A stretch of DNA of 64,000 bases, taken from the sequence record NC_050153.1. The stretch is one strand, 5' to 3'. Of the stretch, positions 43,125 through 53,469 are shown one piece after another. Each line of letters starts with the position of its first letter. Within the stretch, counting starts at the first letter, position 1. The position numbers and the translations under genes are program-made. The notes beneath the pieces are model-generated. The model was not told where the DNA came from and did no database searches. It saw only the letters and a program-made list of their open reading frames with translations. Source of the stretch: Escherichia phage vB_EcoM-Ro157c2YLVW.

Positions 43125-43195
43125 GCAAGACGCTTAACATTAATCTGAGGCCACATCTATGCTTAGCATACGTAGATTAGCCTCTTACCGACCAA
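43125..43195 (-). ncRNA. Predicted Sok-like antisense RNA (position inferred, not demonstrated)
   Basis: By analogy with hok/sok, the antisense RNA covers the mok initiation region; the 5' tac element (gcttgaggct at about 43048) and 3' fold-back region (about 43385-43430) of the hok mRNA are recognisable. Confidence 0.3.
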
Positions 43196-43365
43196 AAGGT
43201 CAAGGAGAAGCAGGCTATGAAGCAGCAAAAAGCGATGTTAATCGCTCTGATCGTCATCTGTTTAACCGTCATTGTGACGGCACTGGTAACGAGGAAAGAC
43301 CTCTGCGAGGTACGAATCCGAACCGGCCAGACGGAGGTCACTGTCTTCACAGCCTACGAATCTGA
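43159..43365 (+). CDS. mok: Mok-like overlapping reading frame of the hok locus
   Basis: ORF overlapping the hok-like gene in another frame, as in hok/mok/sok loci. Confidence 0.45.
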   Translation: MLSIRRLASYRPKGQGEAGYEAAKSDVNRSDRHLFNRHCDGTGNEERPLRGTNPNRPDGGHCLHSLRI

Positions 43366-43369
43366 AAGG
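43217..43369 (+). CDS. hok: Hok/Gef-family type I toxin (50 aa)
   Basis: Translation MKQQKAMLIALIVICLTVIVTALVTRKDLCEVRIRTGQTEVTVFTAYESER, close to E. coli HokD/RelF as recalled; below the 60-aa cutoff of the ORF track. Confidence 0.8.
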
Positions 43370-43446
43370 TAAGAGACCTGGCGGGGAGAGATCCCCGCCA
43401 CTCTTCGTGTGTCAGGTATCCTCAATGCACCCTTTCCTCTCCAAAT

Positions 43447-43472
43447 AAAAAAGCTCCCGAAGGAGCTTTAAA
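43447..43472 (-). terminator. Rho-independent terminator after the minus-strand tail operon
   Basis: On minus strand: hairpin gctccttcgggagc followed by tttttt. Confidence 0.6.
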
Positions 43473-43488
43473 ATACAAGGGATTACTA

Positions 43489-43998
43489 TTAATCCCACTC
43501 AATCCAGTTGTAGACGATACGAAGTGACGGGCGCACAGCGGCAGTCACATCTTCGGTACTAAAGTCGATTGCATCACTGTAGATTTTGCAGTCCAACATT
43601 TCAATTGTTGTAGCAGCTTTTGTCACAGCGTTAACCCCGGAAGATTTGGATTCAGGGGTAGCAGCCATCGTGATATCAACATAGTCCTTCGCCGCAATGC
43701 GATCCTTGATGAACTGAAGAATATCGCCTTCGATAGTCTCCACGCACTGGACCTGGATTTCCCCAGAGTTTCGAATTGGTCCGTGCTGGTTGAACTTCAC
43801 ACCATTCGGACCATAGTCCTCCACATCCTCGCGGGTCATTTCAGGAATTTGCGACGTGCGAACCAGTACGCTGATATCTTCATGGCCTGCAACAGTGAGC
43901 TGGAATTCAGAAGATACCAGTCGTTCGCCTTTGGCCGCGTTGGCAGTATAGCGGCCCTTAATAAATTTACGGTTTCCCTTAGTGTTATTGTGCCCCAT
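43489..43998 (-). CDS. Virion structural protein (169 aa)
   Basis: ORF in sheath-containing operon. Confidence 0.4.
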   Translation of the reverse strand: MGHNNTKGNRKFIKGRYTANAAKGERLVSSEFQLTVAGHEDISVLVRTSQIPEMTREDVEDYGPNGVKFNQHGPIRNSGEIQVQCVETIEGDILQFIKDRIAAKDYVDITMAATPESKSSGVNAVTKAATTIEMLDCKIYSDAIDFSTEDVTAAVRPSLRIVYNWIEWD

Positions 43999-44009
43999 AT
44001 AAAATCCTT

Positions 44010-44591
44010 TTACTGGAACGCCCGAACAATATCGGAGCTGTTATATATCGAAGAACCGGTCAACTGGAGGTTGACGGTGTTTTTCAGGAAATGCCCATTG
44101 CTGTCCCTGGGCGCATCGAGATCGAAACTTATGTCCTGGATAGCGACATCAATGATGTTGATCTGGCGACCAATGTTTAGCGTCACACGCTCCGGGATTC
44201 GACCACCAATACTGGCATCTTTAAGTTCCGGGCTAATCATCGCTGACAATGCGGCGATAGCTCCTGAAACCTCCGTGAATGGATCAAACAAAGCGATGAA
44301 AGTTACTGGCAGCGTGAAAGTTGGCGGTGTTCCCCCCTCCCAAACCATTAAGCTGTTCCAACGGGCCACCGACGTTGTTTCAGTACCAACCTGCGCAAAA
44401 CCACTGAAGGCACCAGCAACAGACCCCATGGACATACCGGTAAACGGCGCTTCCCAATTCTGGGCCATGTTCATTGCTGCCCCCTGGCTGATATATCCGG
44501 TAACCTGGTACTGAGAGTTCGTTAAAGTAACTTTCAGAAATGGCGATACACCGTCAGCCTGGCTGTAAACCCCATAAGGTATAGGTGCCAT
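44010..44591 (-). CDS. Virion structural protein (193 aa)
   Basis: ORF in sheath-containing operon. Confidence 0.4.
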   Translation of the reverse strand: MAPIPYGVYSQADGVSPFLKVTLTNSQYQVTGYISQGAAMNMAQNWEAPFTGMSMGSVAGAFSGFAQVGTETTSVARWNSLMVWEGGTPPTFTLPVTFIALFDPFTEVSGAIAALSAMISPELKDASIGGRIPERVTLNIGRQINIIDVAIQDISFDLDAPRDSNGHFLKNTVNLQLTGSSIYNSSDIVRAFQ

Positions 44592-44626
44592 TCAAGTTAA
44601 AGGCCGGAGTTCTCCGGCCTCCTCCT

Positions 44627-45442
44627 TTAGCCAAGGCGCTTACGGCGCAGTTTCATTGACTTTTTGCGGGCAAGTTTTGCCGCACCCGTCTGGGCTTTTC
44701 GACGCGCTTTTTTCAGCGCCGATTTTTGAGCCGCAGTCAGACGTTTTTTACGCAGGCGTTTACGGATGAGTTTGATCTCACCGTTACGAACAACCTTCTT
44801 AAATGCTTCAGTCAGCATTTCATCAGAAGTGCCAGCAACAACAAACGCCGCTTCCAGTTCGTCACGGTCGTCGCTATCTAAACCAGCGATAGAGGCACCA
44901 ACATCAGCAGCTGCGTCGTCGTCTTCATCGTCAGCCAGTGCTTCGATCAGGTCATCATCTACACCGCATGCTGCGAGGAAGTCAGCAACATTTGCCCATG
45001 CTTCGTTATAGGCATCGTCCTGTTCTTCTTTAACTTCGGAGTCGTCGTCATCAGAGATACCAGCGATAGCCTGAACGAAACCATCAAGGGAGTCGAAAGT
45101 CAGATCACCGCTATCAGCCCAGGCGAAAACGGCGTCGGCCGCATCACTCAACGCATTCTGCATAGCACTTCTATTTGCAGCTTCCAGAATCATCTGGTGC
45201 GCCTGTTCGACGGTCCATTCTTTACCGTCTTTCCCTTCCAGGATTTGCTCAGGAGCCGGGGCAGATGGAACGTTATCGTTAGTCTGTGCCGCCGGTTCCG
45301 GATTATTATTAATAACCGGATCTGTTGGCTGTTCGGCGCTTGCTCGGGCAGACTCCATCAGCTGCACAGGATCAGAGTTCAAAGCGAAACGAGACAGTCC
45401 ATTCCCCAAAAATGCCCCGGATTGAAAAAAGTTTTTGCTCAT
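44627..45442 (-). CDS. Structural-module protein with acidic core and strongly basic C-terminal tail (271 aa)
   Basis: DDDDSEVKEEQDD… followed by RKRLRKKRLTAAQKSALKKARRK…KLRRKRLG. Confidence 0.4.
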   Translation of the reverse strand: MSKNFFQSGAFLGNGLSRFALNSDPVQLMESARASAEQPTDPVINNNPEPAAQTNDNVPSAPAPEQILEGKDGKEWTVEQAHQMILEAANRSAMQNALSDAADAVFAWADSGDLTFDSLDGFVQAIAGISDDDDSEVKEEQDDAYNEAWANVADFLAACGVDDDLIEALADDEDDDAAADVGASIAGLDSDDRDELEAAFVVAGTSDEMLTEAFKKVVRNGEIKLIRKRLRKKRLTAAQKSALKKARRKAQTGAAKLARKKSMKLRRKRLG

Positions 45443-45451
45443 TGTATTCCC

Positions 45452-47041
45452 TTACTTAATAAGCAGCGGTACGCCCTGGATACGACGGGCTACGCCAGTC
45501 GGGCAGCAGGCCCAGACTACTTCCCATTTATCGAATTCCGCCTGCGTAACTTTCAGCACATACGGTTCTGTACCGTCAGCATCAGGATCACGAGGAGCCA
45601 CCAGAGCGCCGGAGGCGACAAAGCGATCTAAAAGTTTGGTCATCCCTTTAGTCAGGCCAGCCGCAGTAATACCGTCCGGGCTATGCTTCATCTGTCGGGC
45701 TAACTGGACAAAGAAACGGCTGATTGCATTCATCAGGGATGGGACGTGCTGGAAGTGCAGATAGTTATCCTGCGTGCAGCAAGTTAAAGCATCGTCGATG
45801 ATCATCTGGCCAGAGGTGCCAACAGATACTTTATTGAGACGGCCCTTGACCATTGCTTCTTCGTCCGGGGTATCTTCCGGATACAGCGGTTGAATTGACG
45901 CACGAGCAATGACGGCACGTTCTTCACCAGCCGGTGAGTAATGCCAACCGCCGACATCAGAGTTTTTCTTGACGCCACGAGCTTTCGCCGCATACGCCAC
46001 GCCAGACAGACCAAAGACCACACGGGATTGGGTCCATTTGTCTTTGCAGGAGAACGGGTAGTGATAGACAGCACAGCTTACATAATCGGTACCAAGTAAA
46101 CCGGTATCTTCAACAGCAGAGAGCGCTTCCGTATACGTCAATGTCGGTTTGACATCAAAGAAGCCATCAATCAGGCGATCAGAACAGATATTACCTAACG
46201 CGGTGATCGCCGCATTGTCATAGCAACCCAGGCCGAGAACAGCGGTGTACATGTACGGCGCATTGTTCAGCACCTTAACCGCACGCAGGTACGCAGCGGT
46301 TGAGATTTTCGACTGATCACCGTTGGTACCACCAGTGAACGCCAGCGATTTTTTATTTGTTACTTTCGCCGTCGAAATCAGCTCTTCATTAACAACCGCG
46401 CGCAGATATTTAGAACGGGCTTCCAGAGCCGTAGGCAGATAACACAAGCGGCCCATGTCATCTTTCGCTTCTTCCGCCAAAGACACAGTGTGTGTCTCCA
46501 GGGTCGTTACCACGCCGAGCGAAGTCGTCTGGGTCAGTTTTAAGAGGAAGCGTTCATTACCCGCGCTGTCCGCTGTTGCCGTTTCGATGGTTAACTCACG
46601 GGTAGGTGAAATACACGGATCACCATCATCAACGTAGATAGCAAAGGCTTCGCCACTATCAAGTTCAATTTCAGAACCGTATGGCAACGCACTGTAAGCC
46701 GGTTCGCCTGATTCATCGAACATAATAATCGGGAACTTCGCATCATCCGGAACAGCACGAACAACATAACCTGACGTTTGCTGAATAGCTTCGTATACAT
46801 GGCGAATTGGTTCGAACTGTGAGCCGGAAGACGGCTTCAGCGGTTCGCCGAGAACATCTTTGTAATTGGACTCAGTAACCGCAAGAACAGTAAACGGCTT
46901 GCCACGCGCAAATACGCCAATACCAGCCCACAAGCTGCTATTTAATGCAACACCGGTAGATAACGTCGCATCGGCATTGATCGGGCTAACCGCGACGCCG
47001 GATGCATTACCTAATGACTGTTGAATTGAATATTGAGACAT
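45452..47041 (-). CDS. Tail sheath protein (529 aa)
   Basis: Size, composition and position typical of contractile-tail sheath proteins. Confidence 0.55.
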   Translation of the reverse strand: MSQYSIQQSLGNASGVAVSPINADATLSTGVALNSSLWAGIGVFARGKPFTVLAVTESNYKDVLGEPLKPSSGSQFEPIRHVYEAIQQTSGYVVRAVPDDAKFPIIMFDESGEPAYSALPYGSEIELDSGEAFAIYVDDGDPCISPTRELTIETATADSAGNERFLLKLTQTTSLGVVTTLETHTVSLAEEAKDDMGRLCYLPTALEARSKYLRAVVNEELISTAKVTNKKSLAFTGGTNGDQSKISTAAYLRAVKVLNNAPYMYTAVLGLGCYDNAAITALGNICSDRLIDGFFDVKPTLTYTEALSAVEDTGLLGTDYVSCAVYHYPFSCKDKWTQSRVVFGLSGVAYAAKARGVKKNSDVGGWHYSPAGEERAVIARASIQPLYPEDTPDEEAMVKGRLNKVSVGTSGQMIIDDALTCCTQDNYLHFQHVPSLMNAISRFFVQLARQMKHSPDGITAAGLTKGMTKLLDRFVASGALVAPRDPDADGTEPYVLKVTQAEFDKWEVVWACCPTGVARRIQGVPLLIK

Positions 47042-47101
47042 AACTTTCCCTGTTATGCGCCCCGCACGGGGGCGCTATGTTAAACGGAGAACTTCCCCTG
47101 A

Positions 47102-48808
47102 TTACTCAGAGTCACCGGCATCAATCGTGTCGCCGCTTATGAAGTTAAGCCCGCCTTTTTTGGCCATTGTCAGCGTTACACGAGTGAAGTAATCAGCGCC
47201 GTTGCGTGGGTGCATATCGTTGATAGCCGAACCCCACAGTGTGGTACGGTTGACCAGCGCCGGAGTGGTCGGATGCTGGAACGGGATAGCCGGGACAGCA
47301 TCACCAGTCACGAAGCCTGCTTTACCCGGATTTTCATCACGGACGTAGCACAGCACATCCATCGAGCTGAACTGAATGTTCTCTGTCGTTAAGTTCTTAC
47401 AAATACCAGCAGGTACTTCGTACACTTTCACGTTACCGAACAGGGTACCGATGTAGTGAACATACGGAGTCTGGATATAGTCTTCGGCTGGCTGGAAGAA
47501 ATCCTTCGGCAACTGTTTGAAGAAAGATGCTGCATCAGCACCAGCAAACATCCCCATCGCACCAGAAGATTTAACGCGCTCAATAATGTCGCGATATACA
47601 GTCTGGAATTTGCCACGAATGATGGTTGCCCATACATTAAAGGACTGGTTAACCGGCAGAGCGATGTCAAAGGTGTCGGTCGCAAGAGTACGCCAGATCA
47701 TGATGCGAAGACGCAGCATATCCTGTTCATGAGACAGGTATTCCTTCAGGGTGCGGAACTGTAGGGAACCCAGGTCCAGACCAAATTCACGCTGTGCTTC
47801 ATACGCCGCCTGTACCGTGTGCTCAGCCGCGATAACGAACTGACTTGGGAACAGGGTGTATTTCTTCATTTCGTGGTTGATCAGCGGGATCAGCTCAGGT
47901 GCGGCTTCAATATTGATTTCCGTCTCAATTGCGATCTCAGTGCCTTTATCCGGCGCTTTGGAGAACGACAGGGCAATCTGACCAATGTTGTAGTTCAGAG
48001 AGCAGGTAACAGTGATTTGCTCACCAGCAGCATTAGTAAACGAGTGAAGTAGGCTGCCGGAACCGTTATCAACAACAGACTTAATACGGTTAACGTAGAT
48101 GTTAGTGCGACCTTTTCGGATTGGTACATTCTGGCCTTCGAAGTCTTCCATCTTGAAGGTTGCGGTTTTGCTGGTGCCATCGGAGCTTGCCACCAGCACA
48201 TAGCGGCGACGTAACTGGCTGTACACACCAACGGATTGCATGTCCAGAACATCACCAGCAGCATAAGAACCAAAAGAGGAACCTGCCACGTTAAAGACTT
48301 CATAGATGTCGGACTGGTCACGCGTAACCGGAATGAAGGTACACGCATCAGCGGTAGCTGCCCCCAACTGAACAGGCAGGATCATCGCGAGGAATAAAGG
48401 CAGACGCATAACACCGTCAGAAACGCTCATCATCTCTGCTGCGACGGATTCCAGCATCGCTTTATTAGTGGCATCCATGCTATTGCGGGTGGACTCAATC
48501 AGGCAGTTTTCCAGCGTCTGGTGGCAGGAGGCCAGAATTTCCGGACGCGGCATAGATTTATGTGCTGCGGCGTAGTCAGCCAGTGCACTTGCCCACGCTG
48601 TAGCGATTTGAGCGGTGGCATTATCAGAGATACCCGCAAAAACCGGGTCTTTACGTGCAGCTTCAAGGATAGATGCGGCACGCGCGGCATCATCTTTAAT
48701 GAATTGGTTATCAGTACCGAACTGCGCAGTGCTTGCCCAGCCAAGCACAGCTTTAGAGCGTTTTGCGATATCTGCAATACGATTCTGGTATTCGCGTAAG
48801 TTACTCAA
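47102..48808 (-). CDS. Major structural protein, possibly major capsid protein (about 568 aa)
   Basis: Large ORF adjacent to parS; start moved to TTG with aggaag Shine-Dalgarno (track start 48829). Confidence 0.45.
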   Translation of the reverse strand: MSNLREYQNRIADIAKRSKAVLGWASTAQFGTDNQFIKDDAARAASILEAARKDPVFAGISDNATAQIATAWASALADYAAAHKSMPRPEILASCHQTLENCLIESTRNSMDATNKAMLESVAAEMMSVSDGVMRLPLFLAMILPVQLGAATADACTFIPVTRDQSDIYEVFNVAGSSFGSYAAGDVLDMQSVGVYSQLRRRYVLVASSDGTSKTATFKMEDFEGQNVPIRKGRTNIYVNRIKSVVDNGSGSLLHSFTNAAGEQITVTCSLNYNIGQIALSFSKAPDKGTEIAIETEINIEAAPELIPLINHEMKKYTLFPSQFVIAAEHTVQAAYEAQREFGLDLGSLQFRTLKEYLSHEQDMLRLRIMIWRTLATDTFDIALPVNQSFNVWATIIRGKFQTVYRDIIERVKSSGAMGMFAGADAASFFKQLPKDFFQPAEDYIQTPYVHYIGTLFGNVKVYEVPAGICKNLTTENIQFSSMDVLCYVRDENPGKAGFVTGDAVPAIPFQHPTTPALVNRTTLWGSAINDMHPRNGADYFTRVTLTMAKKGGLNFISGDTIDAGDSE

Positions 48809-48945
48809 TTTACTCTTCCTTAAACACAAGGCACTTGTGTGAATCCCTTTTCGGAAGAGATTTTATTGAAAGTCACTTGTTGACTTTCTCGTGACAAGCA
48901 ATTTTTTTATTTTTTCGGGAGTAGGGGAGGAAGGTAAAATCCAAG

Positions 48946-49028
48946 GTGAAATCGTGGCGATTTCACCTTGAAATTTTAGATGGATTTACTTTAAAAACAG
49001 TAGGTTAATAGTGAAATTTGAATGGCGA
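48946..49028. other. parS: parS centromere-like site
   Basis: ParB heptamer boxes (ATTTCAC / GTGAAAT) and hexamer boxes (TCGCCA / TGGCGA) flanking an AT-rich IHF-like core; closely matches P1 parS as recalled. Confidence 0.75.
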
Positions 49029-49032
49029 AAGT

Positions 49033-50034
49033 TTAAGGCTTCGGCTTTTTATCGAGGCTCTTTCTAAGGATATGCCCAATCATCCTGTCGAGTTCTTCCT
49101 GTAGCTCTTTTGAAAGTCGATTAAACTCATAAGAAAATGCACGGCCTTTCACGCGCTTCCTTGCAAAGCGATCCTTGTCCTCAAATTTCCATAATTCAGT
49201 AACTACGGACTTATCTTTAGAACCTTTATCCGTGAGTAGTGAGGCTTCCTTTGTTATCAAGCGCAGGATTTTATTTTTAACTTCATCTTCGGCCATTTCT
49301 TCAATGGATAAGATGTCGTTTATTTCCGGGGATATGTTTTGAATAAGCTGATCAAACTCTAAATTCTTGTTCCCCATTTCGTCGCCAACAGCACAAAGCG
49401 TTTTGTAGTCCGAAAAGGTTAATTCCGACTGCACAGGGAAAAGGGCGACTAATTCTTCCGGAGCACTCGCTGCCTGGAGAGCACGCGTGACCTTAGCCTG
49501 AGACAGCCCTTCTTTGGCTGCAATATCCTTCTGACTCATCCCATCATTTTTCATTCGCATCAAACGCAGACCTATTTCTCGAATGCTGTGCTGCAATGCT
49601 GTCTGAACGTCTTTCGCTAAATTTTGCGCTTCCTGAACGCTGATCTCCTGGTCCGTGACTAAAACCCGCAACCCTACGTTCTCTAAGATGGCAGAAGCTC
49701 GACGCCGGGAACCATCCAAAATTTCAATTTTCCCTGTACCCCGTCTAACACCTATTGCAGGGTAAAATTGCTGATGCTTAATAGTGCTTCGGATACTTTT
49801 TAATGATTTTGGCGTAAGAGATGCCTGGTCACGCCCGTTGTTATGCTGATCAACAAAGGTATCGCTTTCTACCTGGTTCGGAGGTATTACCTCTTCAATA
49901 AATGTGGCCTGGCGACCAGTTGATAACTTGAATACCTGCTCGACTCGATCGCCAGAGGCTGAAGAACTATCAAATCCGCTTAATATTGAAGGATTAAGGG
50001 TTCGCCCAATTGTTGGTCTGTTTTTCTTTGACAT
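49033..50034 (-). CDS. parB: Partition protein ParB (333 aa)
   Basis: ParB signature including helix-turn-helix region; 333 aa; immediately downstream of parA. Confidence 0.9.
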   Translation of the reverse strand: MSKKNRPTIGRTLNPSILSGFDSSSASGDRVEQVFKLSTGRQATFIEEVIPPNQVESDTFVDQHNNGRDQASLTPKSLKSIRSTIKHQQFYPAIGVRRGTGKIEILDGSRRRASAILENVGLRVLVTDQEISVQEAQNLAKDVQTALQHSIREIGLRLMRMKNDGMSQKDIAAKEGLSQAKVTRALQAASAPEELVALFPVQSELTFSDYKTLCAVGDEMGNKNLEFDQLIQNISPEINDILSIEEMAEDEVKNKILRLITKEASLLTDKGSKDKSVVTELWKFEDKDRFARKRVKGRAFSYEFNRLSKELQEELDRMIGHILRKSLDKKPKP

Positions 50035-50050
50035 GGGGGTTTCTTACTCC

Positions 50051-51247
50051 TCAGTTAGATCTGATAAATTCAATACGGTCAAAAACTGCTTTAGCAAAAT
50101 CTTCCGCGGCAATTCGCGCGTTCTTCAATGCATCAGCACTACCAACATACGTTGCCGGGTTAGCTGAAATAACAGTGTCAAAAGACTCGCCGCAACGTTC
50201 AAAACCGTCAAGGCGAGGGAGGACGACATCGAGCATATCCCCACCGAACACTTCTTTAGCCAGGCTATGGCAATACTTATGATCTGCCTTGTTACTCAAC
50301 TTGGACATAAAACCAATGTTAGTCGCAAGCTGGCACTCGCAGCCTTCATCCGAAATGAGTTTCACCAACTCAGGAAGGCGGGCAACGTATTTAAGCGATG
50401 AGTGGAAATCGACAGTTGCTGGCGGCAGAGGTGTAAACAGTATATTGGCCGAGGCCAAAGCATTTTTCAGGAAGGCGTCAAGGTGAGGACCACTATCAAC
50501 GAGGATAAAGTCATAATCGCTCTTCAGCTTATCAATCACATTTTCTTTCAGGACAGCATGGATGTTCTGACCCGGTAGATGCTCATTGCACAGCTCTCTC
50601 CAATCGGATGCAATAAAGGCATCGTCAATCGACGCAGGCATAACGTCAACCCCAGGTACAACAGAAGGAACAATAAACTCCTCTAACAGCTCTTCACGGC
50701 TTACATTCTGCAACATAGCCTGTGCAGATGTTGCGTTTACGATACCAATAGAGTGTTTATGGCTTAAAAACATCGTTGCTGAAGATTGCGGATCAAGGTC
50801 AATAACCAGAATCCTTAAATCTTCCATCAGAAGATGAGGGTGAGCACGCATTGCATGCGCCAGAGAAACCGTCGATACAGTTTTTGACACACCGCCTTTA
50901 AGATTGGAGATGAAAATCACATACGCTTCGCTGTAGCGATCCCGGTATTTTGGCACTCCGCGATGTTCATATATGTCAATGATGTTCTGAATTGACATCG
51001 CATATTTCATTGAAGAGCCAGCAGGGCGTTTATCGAAAACATAACCCTTTTCTTCCATTTCACTTACGGCATAGTCAACGTTCGCTCGAGTCAGTAGAGG
51101 CAATTTTGCCAGTGCCGCTTTCGCATAGACCTGGTAAAACTCGTTCGCGTGTAGCTCATCCTTTTGCAACTGTACTTGTTCAGTCAGAACATTGAGCATT
51201 CTGTTTGCTCTTTGAGCAACCTTGTGAAGCTGGCTGGAATCACTCAT
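50051..51247 (-). CDS. parA: Partition ATPase ParA (398 aa)
   Basis: Deviant Walker A KGGVSKT and N-terminal DNA-binding extension; sequence matches P1 ParA as I recall it. Confidence 0.95.
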   Translation of the reverse strand: MSDSSQLHKVAQRANRMLNVLTEQVQLQKDELHANEFYQVYAKAALAKLPLLTRANVDYAVSEMEEKGYVFDKRPAGSSMKYAMSIQNIIDIYEHRGVPKYRDRYSEAYVIFISNLKGGVSKTVSTVSLAHAMRAHPHLLMEDLRILVIDLDPQSSATMFLSHKHSIGIVNATSAQAMLQNVSREELLEEFIVPSVVPGVDVMPASIDDAFIASDWRELCNEHLPGQNIHAVLKENVIDKLKSDYDFILVDSGPHLDAFLKNALASANILFTPLPPATVDFHSSLKYVARLPELVKLISDEGCECQLATNIGFMSKLSNKADHKYCHSLAKEVFGGDMLDVVLPRLDGFERCGESFDTVISANPATYVGSADALKNARIAAEDFAKAVFDRIEFIRSN

Positions 51248-51387
51248 CGAAAGTCATCCTTTATGCTGTATTTTTGAATTTAATTAAAAATGCTGCATAA
51301 AATAATAATGTATGCGTAGATGCTTGTACATGGCATTCTCTGCATGTTTTGTTCATTTTGCACGATTGAGAGTTACAAGAAAGGCAC

Positions 51388-51413
51388 AAAAAAGCCCCGT
51401 TCAGGGGCATCAG
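51388..51413 (-). terminator. Rho-independent terminator
   Basis: On minus strand gcccctgaacggggc followed by tttttt. Confidence 0.5.
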
Positions 51414-51415
51414 TG

Positions 51416-52225
51416 TTATTTGCTAAGAGCAGCGAATAATCGTTCGAAATCGATAGTATCTATAGCACGCGTAAGCGCCGGAAGTTCAGCCTCAAAGTAC
51501 CCGTGTCGATCGTAAAAGAAGGGACCGAAGAGCGAGGCATGTTGGATTCTACTTCGCCCCAGCCCGGACACACAGTTAAGCCCATTACCGGCTAAAAGGC
51601 TAAAAAACTTCTCTGGATTATCGTGGTAAAGCTGAGAATCAATGGTGGCGGTTAACTCTTCCATAGGGAAGCACACCCGCCCTGTCTCCCAGGGATATTT
51701 AGTCCGAAGCATAAACATTGCTTTCAGCAATTCACATTGAGCGTGGATCGCGTCCGGTTCATAGCCAGATATGGAGACATAAGCCACGTCCCTCATTCCT
51801 GCGTCATCTTTGAAAGTCACGATAGAAGTAACATCCAGCTCTTTTTCGAAAGAGCAAGCAGCATCTACTGGACGCTGAAGTAAATCATTCGACTTAATGC
51901 GCTTGAGAATCCCTCCCCACATATCATTTAGATATTCGATATGAGCCAAAACCTTATCAAGACACTCTCGTGTAAACCATTCAGTATGCCCGCCACCGGC
52001 GCTTTTCTCCCACGGCGCATTCCAAGGGAAAAAGGTTGCGTGTAAAGCCCGCTCAAGATTAACCATTGCCAAACGCGTACCACGATAGACCCGTGAAAGC
52101 GCAAAATCGGGACTCACTTGTAGCCCTTTAAACCGTGCCAATGGACCACATGAAATGCCGATTTTAAAAGTATCTCCGTTCTCTGGCACCAGAACGTAGA
52201 GGTAGTGTTGTTTCTCTTCTTGCAT
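51416..52225 (-). CDS. T5orf172 (GIY-YIG-like) domain protein (269 aa)
   Basis: N-terminal YLYVLVPENGDTFKIGIS…GGGHTEWF pattern typical of the T5orf172/MUG113 family. Confidence 0.5.
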   Translation of the reverse strand: MQEEKQHYLYVLVPENGDTFKIGISCGPLARFKGLQVSPDFALSRVYRGTRLAMVNLERALHATFFPWNAPWEKSAGGGHTEWFTRECLDKVLAHIEYLNDMWGGILKRIKSNDLLQRPVDAACSFEKELDVTSIVTFKDDAGMRDVAYVSISGYEPDAIHAQCELLKAMFMLRTKYPWETGRVCFPMEELTATIDSQLYHDNPEKFFSLLAGNGLNCVSGLGRSRIQHASLFGPFFYDRHGYFEAELPALTRAIDTIDFERLFAALSK

Positions 52226-52235
52226 ATCAATACCA

Positions 52236-52516
52236 CTGCTTGATGAGAACCGCGCAAATGTTGACTATGCGCGAAGGTTAATGTGAATAGTTGACTATGC
52301 GCGATGTGACTACAGTCAAAAGTTGACTGTAGTCGATTTAACTCCACCAAAGATCGACTATGTAAGATATTGTCGGGAGAAACGTTGACTATACGCGATG
52401 AAATGACCCTAAAAGCCATCTCAATAGCGACTTGCAGAATATTGACGCCAGCAAAAATCCACCAGCGTCAACGAATGTCGCCTATAGTCAACTTCTCGCT
52501 ATCGCATATAGTCAAT
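52236..52516. repeat. Iteron array downstream of repA (incA-like, about nine copies in both orientations)
   Basis: Repeated units such as ttgactatgcgcga, ttgactgtagtcga, ttgactatacgcga, cgcctatagtcaac. Confidence 0.7.
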
Positions 52517-52517
52517 A

Positions 52518-53402
52518 TTATGGATTGCGCTTATGGATCTGGAAGCCGATTTTCCTGCCGTTTTTTATCTCTGAAAATTTAAGATATTCAATAGATTCCA
52601 AATCTTTCATGGCTTTTCTGATAACGCTATTTTGCACGCTAACGGATGATTTGAGATTAAGCCTCGCTCTAAGGCGCTCAATGCTGACAGGTGCAGGGTT
52701 GGCGGGTAGAGCCTCAAAGAATGTATACAGTACCTTGGCCGTCTCTTTGCGCCCGAGCTTATCCAGCATCTTCAGCTTCAGGATTCGCTTATAGTCAACA
52801 TAGTAAAGTTCAGATAGCTGTTTCTGCGGCTGGATCTCAATAACATCAAGCTCGGTATTCAGGCTGCTATATGCCAACAAGTTGACGTTAATGTTATTGA
52901 GATGACCTTTTGCCGCCGGGAAGCGGAATTTGACAACTGTCTGCTGAATGCGTGTCAGAGAGTCATCAATACTTTTACGGAACGCCTTTGAAAGGCGCTT
53001 ACGTGGATAGCCGCATCGATCGGCAAACTCGGAGAATGGCAGGGTGATGATACCGTCATCATCAGGTGCGTAGTCAAACAACGCGGAGGTTATGCCCACC
53101 CACACCTTAAAATCAGTATCCATATCCAGGCGTGGACCATGAATTTCAATTCCCTCATAGCCTTCCTGCTCAACAATTTTGAGGCTTGATAGTTCTTCGG
53201 TTGCGTTCGTTGTGTTTGTAGTAACTGACGATCCGCGACGTAGTGCCACATTGGTAGATTTTAAGGTTGGCACAAACACACCTAAGCGCAACAAAGCAAT
53301 GGGTTGTATAGTGCTATTGTTATTGGGTTTCAGGCTGTGGATTTCTCCTGTATTTCCTGCAACTTCTTCAACGCTAAGGAAGCCTTTATTTTCTTCCAGC
53401 AT
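52518..53402 (-). CDS. repA: Iteron-binding replication initiator RepA
   Basis: Flanked by iteron arrays on both sides and followed by parA-parB-parS; start chosen at internal ATG (track ORF starts 53459). Confidence 0.8.
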   Translation of the reverse strand: MLEENKGFLSVEEVAGNTGEIHSLKPNNNSTIQPIALLRLGVFVPTLKSTNVALRRGSSVTTNTTNATEELSSLKIVEQEGYEGIEIHGPRLDMDTDFKVWVGITSALFDYAPDDDGIITLPFSEFADRCGYPRKRLSKAFRKSIDDSLTRIQQTVVKFRFPAAKGHLNNINVNLLAYSSLNTELDVIEIQPQKQLSELYYVDYKRILKLKMLDKLGRKETAKVLYTFFEALPANPAPVSIERLRARLNLKSSVSVQNSVIRKAMKDLESIEYLKFSEIKNGRKIGFQIHKRNP

Positions 53403-53469
53403 CGTGGTTTCTCCATATGTGGCGCGGCCTGGCGTCATCTGGATTGCAGTTATCAACAACTGTGAATAG

